This document shows, piece by piece, positions 29,042-38,464 of a DNA stretch of 64,000 bases (position 1 is the first letter of the stretch; each line of letters opens with the position of its first letter). Both the position numbers and the translations under genes were made by a program. The stretch lies in NCBI GenBank assembly GCA_045118975.1, contig JBGVCT010000016.1:96569-160568 (forward strand), read 5' to 3'. Source of the stretch: Bacilli bacterium (GTDB lineage Bacteria; Bacillota_I; Bacilli_A; RFN20; DUOF01). The notes below the pieces were generated by a model. It saw only the letters and a list, made by a program, of their open reading frames with translations. It was not told where the DNA came from and searched no databases.

Positions 29042-30316
29042 ATGTTTGTAGACAAGGCTAAGTTACATATAAAAGCAGGTAAAGGTGGTAATGGTGCCAT
29101 CGCTTTTCATCGTGAAAAATTCATTGATAGAGGAGGACCTAGTGGTGGAGATGGTGGAAGAGGAGGTAGTATCTTCTTTACTTCTGTTTCTGGGCTTACA
29201 ACTTTAATCGATTTTAAATACATCCATAAGATTATTGGTAATGATGGAGAAAATGGTCAAATCGAAAATAGATATGGTAAGAGTGGAGAAGATATCTATG
29301 TTAATGTTCCTGTTGGTACTGTTGTAAGTGATGCTAAAACAGGAAGAATATTAGCTGATTTTAATATGGCTAATCTTACTATCGAAATTGCTAAAGGTGG
29401 TAAAGGTGGTAAGGGTAATGCTAAGTTTGCTAATAGTAGAAATCAAACTCCTAAGGTTGCTGAAAATGGTGATCCTGGAGAGGAATATGATATTAATTTA
29501 GAATTAAAATTATTGGCTGACGTTGGTTTGGTTGGCTTCCCTTCAGTTGGTAAATCAAGTTTACTTAGTGTATTAACTAATGCTAAACCAGAAATCGCAG
29601 ATTATCATTTTACAACTTTAAAACCTAATTTAGGTGTTGTATCAATTTTGAATGGCTATAACTTTGTTATAGCAGATCTTCCTGGTCTTATTAATGGGGC
29701 TAGTGAAGGTAAGGGATTAGGACTAGACTTTTTAAGACATATTGAAAGATGTAGGGTTATTCTTCATGTTATAGATATGTCTGCTCATGATGGTAGAGAT
29801 CCTTATCAAGACTATTTAGATATTAATAAGGAACTTACTAATTATGGTATGCGTTTAATGGAAAGACCTATGATTATCGCTGCTAATATGATGGATGTAG
29901 ATGGTAGTGAATTATATTTAGAAGATTTTAAAGCTAAACTTGGTAATCCATATGCAGAAATTTATCCAGTTAGTGCTTTATCAAGGATTGGGCTTGAACC
30001 ACTTGTAAAAAGATTGTATGAATTAGTTCAAACAACTCCTGAATTCCCTCTATATGAAGAGGAAATTAAAGAAGTTAACTATGTATACGAAGATGAAAAT
30101 GAGATCTTAATCAATAAGAAGGGTAATGTATATCTAGTTGAGGGTAAGAAAGTTGAAGAATTAATTAACAAGATTAATACAACAACATTTGAAGGAGTTA
30201 ATAAGGTATTATCAATTCTTAATAAACTTGGTATGGAAGATAAATTAAAAGAAAAAGGTATCAATAATGGAGATACTGTAAGAATTGGTGATGTAGAATT
30301 TGAATATTTTGAATAG
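29042..30316 (+). CDS. obgE: GTPase ObgE
   Basis: Gly-rich Obg domain, GFPSVGKSS, FTT, DLPG, C-terminal OCT domain. Confidence 0.97.
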   Translation: MFVDKAKLHIKAGKGGNGAIAFHREKFIDRGGPSGGDGGRGGSIFFTSVSGLTTLIDFKYIHKIIGNDGENGQIENRYGKSGEDIYVNVPVGTVVSDAKTGRILADFNMANLTIEIAKGGKGGKGNAKFANSRNQTPKVAENGDPGEEYDINLELKLLADVGLVGFPSVGKSSLLSVLTNAKPEIADYHFTTLKPNLGVVSILNGYNFVIADLPGLINGASEGKGLGLDFLRHIERCRVILHVIDMSAHDGRDPYQDYLDINKELTNYGMRLMERPMIIAANMMDVDGSELYLEDFKAKLGNPYAEIYPVSALSRIGLEPLVKRLYELVQTTPEFPLYEEEIKEVNYVYEDENEILINKKGNVYLVEGKKVEELINKINTTTFEGVNKVLSILNKLGMEDKLKEKGINNGDTVRIGDVEFEYFE

Positions 30317-30330
30317 TTAATGCATATCCT
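30302..30330 (+). promoter_or_regulatory. Possible sigma-E-type (sporulation) promoter
   Basis: GAATATT-14 bp-CATATCCT versus the B. subtilis sigma-E consensus (T/G)(A/C)ATA(A/T)(A/T)-N14-CATACA(A/C)T; the -35 lies within obgE codons. Confidence 0.35.
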
Positions 30331-30349
30331 TTTTTAGGAGGATATAAAG

Positions 30350-30628
30350 GTGAGATTTCATATTGTTAAACAAGGTGAAAATAAAGAAACTATTGCAAAA
30401 TTATATAATCTTGAATTAGATGACATTCATAAATTAAATCCAACTATTAATAATAGAGAGCTAGTGGTTGGAGAAAAAATTAGAGTGGGAGATAAAAGGG
30501 AAACTTTAATTGAAAATATTAATAAGATTTATTTAGATAAATCTAATAAAGAGGATTTTGATGAGGAAATGTATATTTGCCCTCATTGCAAAAATATAAT
30601 AATTATTCCAAGAAAACAAGAGCCTTAG
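30350..30628 (+). CDS. LysM domain protein (SafA-like N-terminus) with C-terminal CxxC
   Basis: HIVKQGEN.ETIAKLY.L..DDI.KLNP...LVVGEKIRV LysM; YICPHC; RBS AGGAGG. Confidence 0.8.
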   Translation: MRFHIVKQGENKETIAKLYNLELDDIHKLNPTINNRELVVGEKIRVGDKRETLIENINKIYLDKSNKEDFDEEMYICPHCKNIIIIPRKQEP

Positions 30629-30734
30629 GGCTCTTTTTGCATTGTATAATGTTGCATTTGAAGGTATAAAATGATAAAGTTAAAAGTAGGAAATGCTTAC
30701 ATGAGACATTTATGATACATAAGGGGGAGTTTTA

Positions 30735-31895
30735 ATGTATAAGATTTATGTAGATAAGGTGTTATTTAATAAGGAAAAAACTTGGAAAAACATTGCTAAT
30801 GATGAAAAATATGAAGTTATTAGTTATAGTGGATTCTCTGATTTAATTGTTAAGTTAAATATCGAGGATAACAACATCATTTATTTATTTGATTACTCTA
30901 CAAGTAATGATTGTTATGAAAAGATTAGAGTATTAAAAGGTAAGTTCTCTTCTGCAGCATTAAATGTTGTGATGAATGGTATTAAACTTGAAGCTAAACA
31001 TTTAAATAGACTTGGAGTTAATGCTTCATTAAAGGCAAATGATGCAACTACAATTAAAGAGACTGTAAATAATTCTGCTGTATTAGTAGATGCTTTCAAT
31101 AATGAAAATTATGTTCATGTTGAAGAACATGAATATAAAGATATTAGTGTAGTTAGTGTAATTGGAGCAAGTGGAGGAGTTGGAAAGACTACTATCGCTA
31201 CTAATCTTGCTGCTAGTTTTGCTGAGTTTGGACTAAAGACTTGTTTAGTAGACTTTAGTTTACAATTTGGTGATGTAGCTATGTTTACTAATGTAAAACC
31301 TAATTTCACTGTATACGATATGTTATTAAATCAACTTGATTTAACTCCTAATCTTAATCTGTTTATTGAGCATGTAAATCCAAACTTATTTGTATTACCT
31401 GCTCCAGTATTACCTGAGCAAGCAGATTATATAAATAGATCAATGGTAGCAAAGCTAATTCAAAACCTATCTACTTCATTTGATGTACTAGTATTTGATA
31501 CTCCAAGTATTGTTAATGACTTGTGCTTAGAATTATATAAATTGTCTAAGCAAATTGTAATGGTAACTACTAAAGATTTGGCTGCATTAAAGAACACAAA
31601 ATTACAACTTGATATTTTAGATAAATTATCACTTACTGATAAAATTAAACTTGTATTAAATAAGCATGATTCTCCAAAGTTCATTGTAAATAATGAAGAT
31701 GTTAAGAAAATGTTAAATGTTGATGTATTAACTACAATACCTCACACTAACACAGTTACTGTTAACTCAATTAACATGGGAGTACCATTTATTTACTCTT
31801 ATCCAAAAGAGCCAATTAGTGATAATATTAGAGAGTTGATGTCTAAAGTTAGATATAATTGCATCGTAGGAGGATATGATGTTGAAAAGAAATAA
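30735..31895 (+). CDS. CpaE/TadZ-like MinD/ParA-family ATPase with degenerate receiver-like N-terminus
   Basis: GASGGVGKTT, LVDFSLQFGDVA, VFDTP, VLNK, NSINMGVPF. Confidence 0.8.
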   Translation: MYKIYVDKVLFNKEKTWKNIANDEKYEVISYSGFSDLIVKLNIEDNNIIYLFDYSTSNDCYEKIRVLKGKFSSAALNVVMNGIKLEAKHLNRLGVNASLKANDATTIKETVNNSAVLVDAFNNENYVHVEEHEYKDISVVSVIGASGGVGKTTIATNLAASFAEFGLKTCLVDFSLQFGDVAMFTNVKPNFTVYDMLLNQLDLTPNLNLFIEHVNPNLFVLPAPVLPEQADYINRSMVAKLIQNLSTSFDVLVFDTPSIVNDLCLELYKLSKQIVMVTTKDLAALKNTKLQLDILDKLSLTDKIKLVLNKHDSPKFIVNNEDVKKMLNVDVLTTIPHTNTVTVNSINMGVPFIYSYPKEPISDNIRELMSKVRYNCIVGGYDVEKK

Positions 31896-31971
31896 TTTGC
31901 CAATTATTTCTTTAGTACTTGTTACAATTGCTTTAATGGCAAGCTTACTATACTATTTGATAGTGTTATAA
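31876..31971 (+). CDS. 31-aa single-TM small protein (not in ORF track)
   Basis: MMLKRNNLPIISLVLVTIALMASLLYYLIVL; AGGAGG at 31868-31873; overlaps the ATPase stop region; terminator immediately after. Confidence 0.6.
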   Translation: MMLKRNNLPIISLVLVTIALMASLLYYLIVL

Positions 31972-31997
31972 GGATGGACATAGTCCATCTTTTTTTT
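31972..31997 (+). terminator. Intrinsic terminator
   Basis: GATGGAC/GTCCATC stem plus T-run. Confidence 0.8.
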
Positions 31998-32143
31998 ATT
32001 TTAAGGTGGAAAGATATTAAATTTTGACAAATTTCACTATAATAAACTATGGTTTATCCACAAAGTGTGAAAAAACGTTAGAAATAACTTTTTTGAATAT
32101 AGTATTATGAGAGTATGTTTTAAAGAAATGGAGGTGCTTTGGT

Positions 32144-35100
32144 ATGAAAACGATTTCAAATCTATTTTCTATAGAAAATAAAAAGAGCACTGCCATCTTC
32201 TTGAAGATATTATTGTTGGGATTATTTGCCATAATGTTTATGGCTATTAGACCTGAAACAGCTAGTGCTCGTGTTCAAGATTTAGTATATACAGGATGGA
32301 GTAACAAAGGTACCTCTGAATGGGGACATAGTAGGGCAACAATAACTCTATATGACGGGGTTGTTCAAACAGGAAGATATTCTAATGGTACTTCTTCAGA
32401 TAGTGGTCTTAACGAGATTCCTTATAGTAGATTTTACAAGACAAATGGAACGTATAATCCATTTGCCAATACTGACAGCCAATTTACATGGACTGTAGAT
32501 AGTTTTGTGGTTAATTATAATGAAACTAGTAATTGTGGAGCTAAAAAATATATAAAGGTTTTTGGATATGCAGCACAATGGTATTTAGTAACTACTCTTG
32601 ATAGTGATGGGGCTAGATTCGATAGTAATTCATACTCAGGATATGCAGCCTTCTATTTAGAGTGGACTAAGAGTGATGTATGTTTGATCGTTAACACTAA
32701 TCTAGTACATGAAGTTGGAGCATACATTGTTATTGATAAAACTACACCAACTGCCCCAACAAGTGTTTCTCATGGTGCTAGTAGTTGGACAAATAAAGCA
32801 GTAACATATTTTACTGCGAGTGGAGCTACAGATGATTCTGGATCAAGTTCAGCAGCCAAGTCTTCACATGGTATTAAAGGTTGTCAATATAGTACTAATG
32901 GTGGATCAACATGGAATGATTCTTATTTGATGGATGCGAGTGGAAATTGTATTTTTACTCCAAATATTACATCCAAGTCAACAGTTTATGTTAGATCGTA
33001 TGACTGGGCAGGAAATGTTTCATCATCAATAAGCACTATAATGTATGTTGATCAAACTGCTCCAGTAATTAATACTATGAGTTTATCAGGAGGACTTACA
33101 GGTAGTGCATCTAGTTCATATAAATTCTTTGATACAAATTCTATAACTTTCTCTACAAGTTATAGAGAAGAGAACTATTCTAGTTACACTGTCACAGCGG
33201 CTGGTAATTCAACTATATGTAGCTTATCAAGCGGTAGCTTGGGTAATACTACTACAAATAGATCAATATCATTTACTTGCGATATGACTTCTATATCAAA
33301 GAGTTTCACCTCTCTTAAAACCATTACCTTGACCATGTATGATTTAGCAGGTAATTCAACTAGTAAGAGTGTGTCATTTTATTTGATTGATCAATCTAGA
33401 AAAATTGTAATTAATTCATTTAGTATTAAAGGATATGGATCTTTTGCAAATAACTATATCAGTTCTATATTTAATTCTGAAGGAAAGATGGCACCTATCT
33501 ATTCTGTTAGCAACAGTACATATCTTGATATGAATAAAGGGGCATTGACTATTGGAGATCCAACATATCCTGGTGATAACTTCTTGAATTCATGTATGGT
33601 TGCTTCAGGAACATATGTTACAACAGAACATTCATGTGCTTTCTCACCAGCTGAATATAGATGGTGGTATGAAAACCATAGTAATGGTGAACAAGGAACA
33701 GCCCAATTAATTTTGTATAATACATATGGTCAAAAAACATACGCAACAGCAACTGTATATTTTGACTATACAGCACCTAGTGTAACTTCATTCACTTTAA
33801 GTGGATCTGGAGCTAAGGTTAGTGGTTGGGCTAAGAGTGCAACGTTAATCCCATCAATAACAACTAATGCTACAGACGTTTATAAGTATGTGATTCAGGA
33901 TTTATATAATTCTAAAACATATTTGAATTCAACATCACAATCAACGTTTACTGGAGATACAAGTGTTACTTCTTATTACTTGACAGTTTATGACAAAGCA
34001 GGTAATGATAGTATTGAAACAAGTGCATCTGTAACATTTGATACTACTCTACCTACGCTTAATAGACTTTATGTTTATGGTGATACTGGTGATGATGGAT
34101 ATATATATTTTGCTGATACAAACATATCGCTAAGTTTAAATTGGTATGAAGCTAATTATCATTCATTTACAGGAAATGTTTCTGGTACTACAGTTACATG
34201 TACTGGTTCATTGTCAGCTTCTACAACCTCAAAGAGTACATCAATTAGTTGCAATATGAGCAATATTTCTGTTAGTTACTCTACATTAAGGTCTATGAAT
34301 ATTGTTGTTTATGATAAGGCAGGTAATTCTAGAACAATATCAGGAAGTTTTTATAGAATTGACTATAGTAGACAACTTGAGTTCGATAGAGCCAACATAT
34401 CTGCCAAAGGGTCAAACAGTTATGATTATATTGGACCTAAATCTATTACTGGTGGTTCTATAGCTGGTTTATATGAGTTATATGATGACACATATTTAAG
34501 CACAAGAAACGGATTACTAGAAATTGGTAGTTTAGGACAATCAGATAACTTTGTTAATAGATTCTTTACTTCTGGAGAATATTTCACTGTCGAAGATCCA
34601 TCAAGTGCATCTGGCGCTACTATTGATGAATGGTATGCTGATCATGCGGATGGAAGTAGAGAAATCGCTAATATAGCATTATGGAATATTTATGGTCAAC
34701 CTACATATTATCAATTCCCAATAGTATTTGATTATACTGCTCCAAAGATTAGTTCATCTTCTATTTCTTTCCAAGATCATAGTATTGGTGATAATGGTAG
34801 TGTATATGTTGCTGGAAATTCAGCTGTACTTACAGTTAAGTGGTATGAGGCAAATTACTTTGGATATAATTTTTATCTTCCAAGTAATGCAACTAAATCT
34901 ATTACAAGTGGCTCTATGAAGTCATCTACAACAGCTATAACAACACAATTTACTGTAAATTTAACAAATGTAGTTGCTAATTTTGATAACAGTGTATCTA
35001 TTAGTATTAAGATATATGATAGTGCTGGAAATTCAGCTACTGCTATGTCTACTTTCTATAGAATTGATAAAAGTAGAGATATAGGAATTAATAATTTTGC

Positions 35101-37366
35101 TGTACTTGGATATCATGCTAATGCAGATAATGTGATTGGTCCTATGAGTCTTACTAGTGGTAATATTGCTCCAAAATTCTCATTAACTAACACAACATAT
35201 CTAAACAAAAACTATTTGTCTCTTGAAATAGGAAATGAGGAAGGAGATCGTTTCCAACCTAACACATGGATTGATTGTTATAGTTGTACAAATATAACTT
35301 CAATTATTACTTCTGGTGGATGGCTAACTGCTGATAATGATTATGCTTATGATGAAAGAACTACAGTTGAGGATTGGTATTCACAATTTGAAGATGGCGA
35401 TGAAAGAGTAGCTACTATTCAATTCAAGAATATATATGGAAGATATTCATCTGCCACAGCATACTTTGAATTTGATTTCCAAAATCCTGTTGTTGATGAA
35501 TTATACTTACATCATACATATATGGATGAAAGTTTAACAATTGGTAGCAATGGTGAATATTATGTTACAGGTGGTTCAACTATTGCTCAAATTAAATATA
35601 CAGAAAGAAATCCTAATGATGTTATGACATCATTAAATAGAAAAAAAGTTTCCCATTCAACATCTAACAAACGTCAAGTTTCAACAGGTGTTTGGTCAGA
35701 AACATTAACGAATGATATTAGTGTATATTCAGTTGATTTTGAAACATCAATTACTCTTCTTGTTACATTGCACGACTTAGCTGGTAACTCAGGAAGTAAG
35801 AGCATAAAATTTTATAAGATTGATGATTCAAGAGATATTAATATAACTAGTTTCAATATTACTGCTAATGGGGCAAGTTTGGCTAATATTATTGGCCCTA
35901 GAAGTGTATCAGGTGGTAAAATGTTAGCTACATATACTTTAGCTTCTGATACATATTTTGATAAGAATAGATCTGATTTAGTAATTGGTAGTGATAGACA
36001 AGAAGATGCATTTATATGTAATGGTACTATTTTAGGAGTGCCTCTAACTATCCAAAATAGTATGTCTTGTGCTGGCACAACCGTAGATGAGTGGTATGCT
36101 GCTCATCCACATGGATCTGAGGCAATCGCGCAAATGATGGCAGTTAATATTTATGGTAGAAAATCATATAGAACAGTTAATATTAAATTTGATTATGTGT
36201 CTCCTAAAATGAGTTTATATCTCAATACTGTGACTAAAACTGCTTACCCTGCTATATCTGATGAATTTACTTCAGTTAATAGACAATATTTAGGATCACA
36301 CTATAAATACTACATGTCAACTAATCCTAATTTATTGACAGAAAAAACAGTTTCAAGTATTCCATGGCTTACTCTTGATGCTGCGAATTATGGAACAAAG
36401 CAATCAATGAATCTATCTGGCGGTAGTTATTATGTATATGTATATGCTATTGATACATCTGATTCAGCAAGCGCTGATTTATATACAAAAGATGCTGCTG
36501 GTAATTTGCTTTCAAATGCTTCTAATGCGTCACTTAAAGTCAGTGATGATCAAGTAATTTATAGATTTACTGTTAATGTTCCTGTGGATAAGCAAGATGA
36601 TAATAGTACATCTTTAGAAGAAGATGATATCAACACAGGTATCACTTCAAATCCTTCAATTGTTGGTCTTAAAGTATTTGCGATAGATAGAATGTTAATA
36701 GTAACATTTGATTCTGCACAAACAGCAAATTCTTATTCACTAGCACAAATTAATAATGCAATTAGTCATACAGGTTATAGAATAGTATCAGTGCAAGACT
36801 CTACAACATATGTGTTTGATAAATCATATGTATTTGAAAAGGTATTGGTTGGTCTTGCAGGAACTAACTCTAGTAAGAATGAATTAATGGATTTAATTAT
36901 TGTTATCAATAGCCCTCAAGTTGTTGGTGATACAGCAACTGGAGCAACAACATTTACTCAAGGTGATGAAATTGGTAACTTAGGAGTGTCATTTACTTCA
37001 ACTGAAGCATTCGATGTACAAACACAAATTACTTTAGATGGTGTGTTAGTAAAAGAAGTTAATACAAATAGAACTGGTACATATGAAATTAAGACAATAG
37101 CTAAAGATGCTAGTGGTAGAGTAACTAGAGTAAGTAAGACAGTTGTAGTAGAGCCAAAGGCTGAAGAGACTAAGACTACTACAAGTGTTCAAGAAGTTAA
37201 AACTCAAGAATTAGCTGATAGTATTACTTCTCAAACTAGTGAAGTTAAGGTTGAAAATACTCAATCTACTAATAGAGTTGAAAATAACTCTTATAAGGTA
37301 GTTGCTATAGTTGAAACTAAAACAACTAGTAAAAAGAAGGAAGAGGAAGAAGAAATCGAAGATTAA
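32144..37366 (+). CDS. Large secreted Ser/Thr-rich multi-Ig-like repeat protein
   Basis: 1740 aa; signal peptide ending ASA; repeated D.AGN and FDY..P motifs; Thr/Glu/Lys-rich C-terminus. Confidence 0.85.
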   Translation: MKTISNLFSIENKKSTAIFLKILLLGLFAIMFMAIRPETASARVQDLVYTGWSNKGTSEWGHSRATITLYDGVVQTGRYSNGTSSDSGLNEIPYSRFYKTNGTYNPFANTDSQFTWTVDSFVVNYNETSNCGAKKYIKVFGYAAQWYLVTTLDSDGARFDSNSYSGYAAFYLEWTKSDVCLIVNTNLVHEVGAYIVIDKTTPTAPTSVSHGASSWTNKAVTYFTASGATDDSGSSSAAKSSHGIKGCQYSTNGGSTWNDSYLMDASGNCIFTPNITSKSTVYVRSYDWAGNVSSSISTIMYVDQTAPVINTMSLSGGLTGSASSSYKFFDTNSITFSTSYREENYSSYTVTAAGNSTICSLSSGSLGNTTTNRSISFTCDMTSISKSFTSLKTITLTMYDLAGNSTSKSVSFYLIDQSRKIVINSFSIKGYGSFANNYISSIFNSEGKMAPIYSVSNSTYLDMNKGALTIGDPTYPGDNFLNSCMVASGTYVTTEHSCAFSPAEYRWWYENHSNGEQGTAQLILYNTYGQKTYATATVYFDYTAPSVTSFTLSGSGAKVSGWAKSATLIPSITTNATDVYKYVIQDLYNSKTYLNSTSQSTFTGDTSVTSYYLTVYDKAGNDSIETSASVTFDTTLPTLNRLYVYGDTGDDGYIYFADTNISLSLNWYEANYHSFTGNVSGTTVTCTGSLSASTTSKSTSISCNMSNISVSYSTLRSMNIVVYDKAGNSRTISGSFYRIDYSRQLEFDRANISAKGSNSYDYIGPKSITGGSIAGLYELYDDTYLSTRNGLLEIGSLGQSDNFVNRFFTSGEYFTVEDPSSASGATIDEWYADHADGSREIANIALWNIYGQPTYYQFPIVFDYTAPKISSSSISFQDHSIGDNGSVYVAGNSAVLTVKWYEANYFGYNFYLPSNATKSITSGSMKSSTTAITTQFTVNLTNVVANFDNSVSISIKIYDSAGNSATAMSTFYRIDKSRDIGINNFAVLGYHANADNVIGPMSLTSGNIAPKFSLTNTTYLNKNYLSLEIGNEEGDRFQPNTWIDCYSCTNITSIITSGGWLTADNDYAYDERTTVEDWYSQFEDGDERVATIQFKNIYGRYSSATAYFEFDFQNPVVDELYLHHTYMDESLTIGSNGEYYVTGGSTIAQIKYTERNPNDVMTSLNRKKVSHSTSNKRQVSTGVWSETLTNDISVYSVDFETSITLLVTLHDLAGNSGSKSIKFYKIDDSRDINITSFNITANGASLANIIGPRSVSGGKMLATYTLASDTYFDKNRSDLVIGSDRQEDAFICNGTILGVPLTIQNSMSCAGTTVDEWYAAHPHGSEAIAQMMAVNIYGRKSYRTVNIKFDYVSPKMSLYLNTVTKTAYPAISDEFTSVNRQYLGSHYKYYMSTNPNLLTEKTVSSIPWLTLDAANYGTKQSMNLSGGSYYVYVYAIDTSDSASADLYTKDAAGNLLSNASNASLKVSDDQVIYRFTVNVPVDKQDDNSTSLEEDDINTGITSNPSIVGLKVFAIDRMLIVTFDSAQTANSYSLAQINNAISHTGYRIVSVQDSTTYVFDKSYVFEKVLVGLAGTNSSKNELMDLIIVINSPQVVGDTATGATTFTQGDEIGNLGVSFTSTEAFDVQTQITLDGVLVKEVNTNRTGTYEIKTIAKDASGRVTRVSKTVVVEPKAEETKTTTSVQEVKTQELADSITSQTSEVKVENTQSTNRVENNSYKVVAIVETKTTSKKKEEEEEIED
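33050..36205 (+). repeat. Four divergent ~230-250-aa two-domain protein repeats, with one short Ig unit between units 1 and 2
   Basis: Units at ~33050-33778, 34055-34744, 34745-35488 and 35489-36205, each with D.AGNS...FY.ID.SR...TY...L.IG...D.F...WY..(H/F)..G...A...N.YG...FD(Y/F)..P. Confidence 0.85.
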
Positions 37367-37384
37367 TCTTTAGATTAAATAAAT

Positions 37385-37416
37385 AAAAAAGAGATAATGC
37401 AAATTATCTCTTTTTA
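37385..37416. terminator. Bidirectional intrinsic terminator
   Basis: AAAAAGAGATAAT/ATTATCTCTTTTT palindrome between convergent genes. Confidence 0.8.
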
Positions 37417-37434
37417 TTTTTGTTTCATTGTATT

Positions 37435-38025
37435 TTATTTTGTGGTTACTGCTTTTTTCTTTTTTAGATTATTAATGCCAAGTACAAGTAATAATCCACC
37501 AAAAGCGGCAAGTACAATTACAAAGATCCAAAGTATTACTATATTCTTGATTATTGGTCTAGCAAAGAAAGCTGCACCTAGAGTAACTAATAATATAGAA
37601 ATTGCTAAATACCATACTGGATATACTTCTTTTGTATCAGATCTATAATAGTATGCTCTAAATAATTCAACTGTACCTCTAGTCCATAGTGCAAGAGCAA
37701 ATATTTGGCTTGCTTCTTGAACATTTATTATATTAACTTGTTCAAAGATACATCCTAGTGCAATTAATGAAAGTAATGCAAATTCTACAATAGTTAATAC
37801 TTTAATTACTTGCTTACTTGCTCTTTTTATTTTTTTGAATAAGTATAATGCAAGATAGGCAACTATTAGCGAAGCAATTAATATTCCAATTATTTTGTCT
37901 CCCCAATCACCCCAAGGACAGTTTTCCCAAATGTTTTTCCAAAATGGTGCAAATAGGATGGCTAGTAAAATAGATAGCGAACCTAATATAATACATAGTA
38001 TATTGTGTTGTAATAATTTTTTCAT
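37435..38025 (-). CDS. Integral membrane protein (DUF308/HdeD-like pattern)
   Basis: About six TM helices, basic C-terminal tail. Confidence 0.7.
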   Translation of the reverse strand: MKKLLQHNILCIILGSLSILLAILFAPFWKNIWENCPWGDWGDKIIGILIASLIVAYLALYLFKKIKRASKQVIKVLTIVEFALLSLIALGCIFEQVNIINVQEASQIFALALWTRGTVELFRAYYYRSDTKEVYPVWYLAISILLVTLGAAFFARPIIKNIVILWIFVIVLAAFGGLLLVLGINNLKKKKAVTTK

Positions 38026-38214
38026 TTATATCGTCTCCCTAAAAGAAATTGTATACTTTAATTAACTAGAATGCAAATAATATAAAAATAAATGTTAGTT
38101 TATCTATTTATATAATATATACATATTAAATGAACAAATTTCATTAAATAATTAAATGGGAGGTAAATTTATATTGTTTTAATTTTTCAAATGTGCAATA
38201 ATAGCATGGAAATC

Positions 38215-38445
38215 GTTGATAGAGACAAGAGAATTGTAATGATGATATTAGAGAGGTACTAATATTGGTGAAATAGTACTTATATAGTTATTATTCTTAT
38301 CACTCTGGAGATATTTATTGAAATAGTAGTAAATAAATACGTTAGCTGCGTTAAAGCAATTAAGTGCATAGATATACATTTATCTATGAATTAGGATGGT
38401 ACCGCGTAATTTCACGTTCCTATTTTTAGGAACGTTTTTTTATTT
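38215..38445 (+). promoter_or_regulatory. T-box riboswitch, Ile specifier (AUC)
   Basis: AGAGAG/GGTGAAA stem I elements; ATC at 38299-38301, then A and CTCT; T-box TTAGGATGGTACCGCG at 38391-38406; terminator CGTTCCTA/TAGGAACG plus T-run. Confidence 0.92.
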
Positions 38446-38464
38446 TAAGAAGGGGGAAATTAAA

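Noticed and set aside
31876-31971. Flp/type IVb pilin identity for the 31-aa peptide
   Set aside because: No Gly cleavage site followed by the +5 Glu/Tyr Flp motif
38396-38464. N-terminal extension of IleRS in the ORF track
   Set aside because: It starts inside the T-box (ATGGTACCGCG) and spans the terminator; the true start is ATG 38465 after the GGGG RBS
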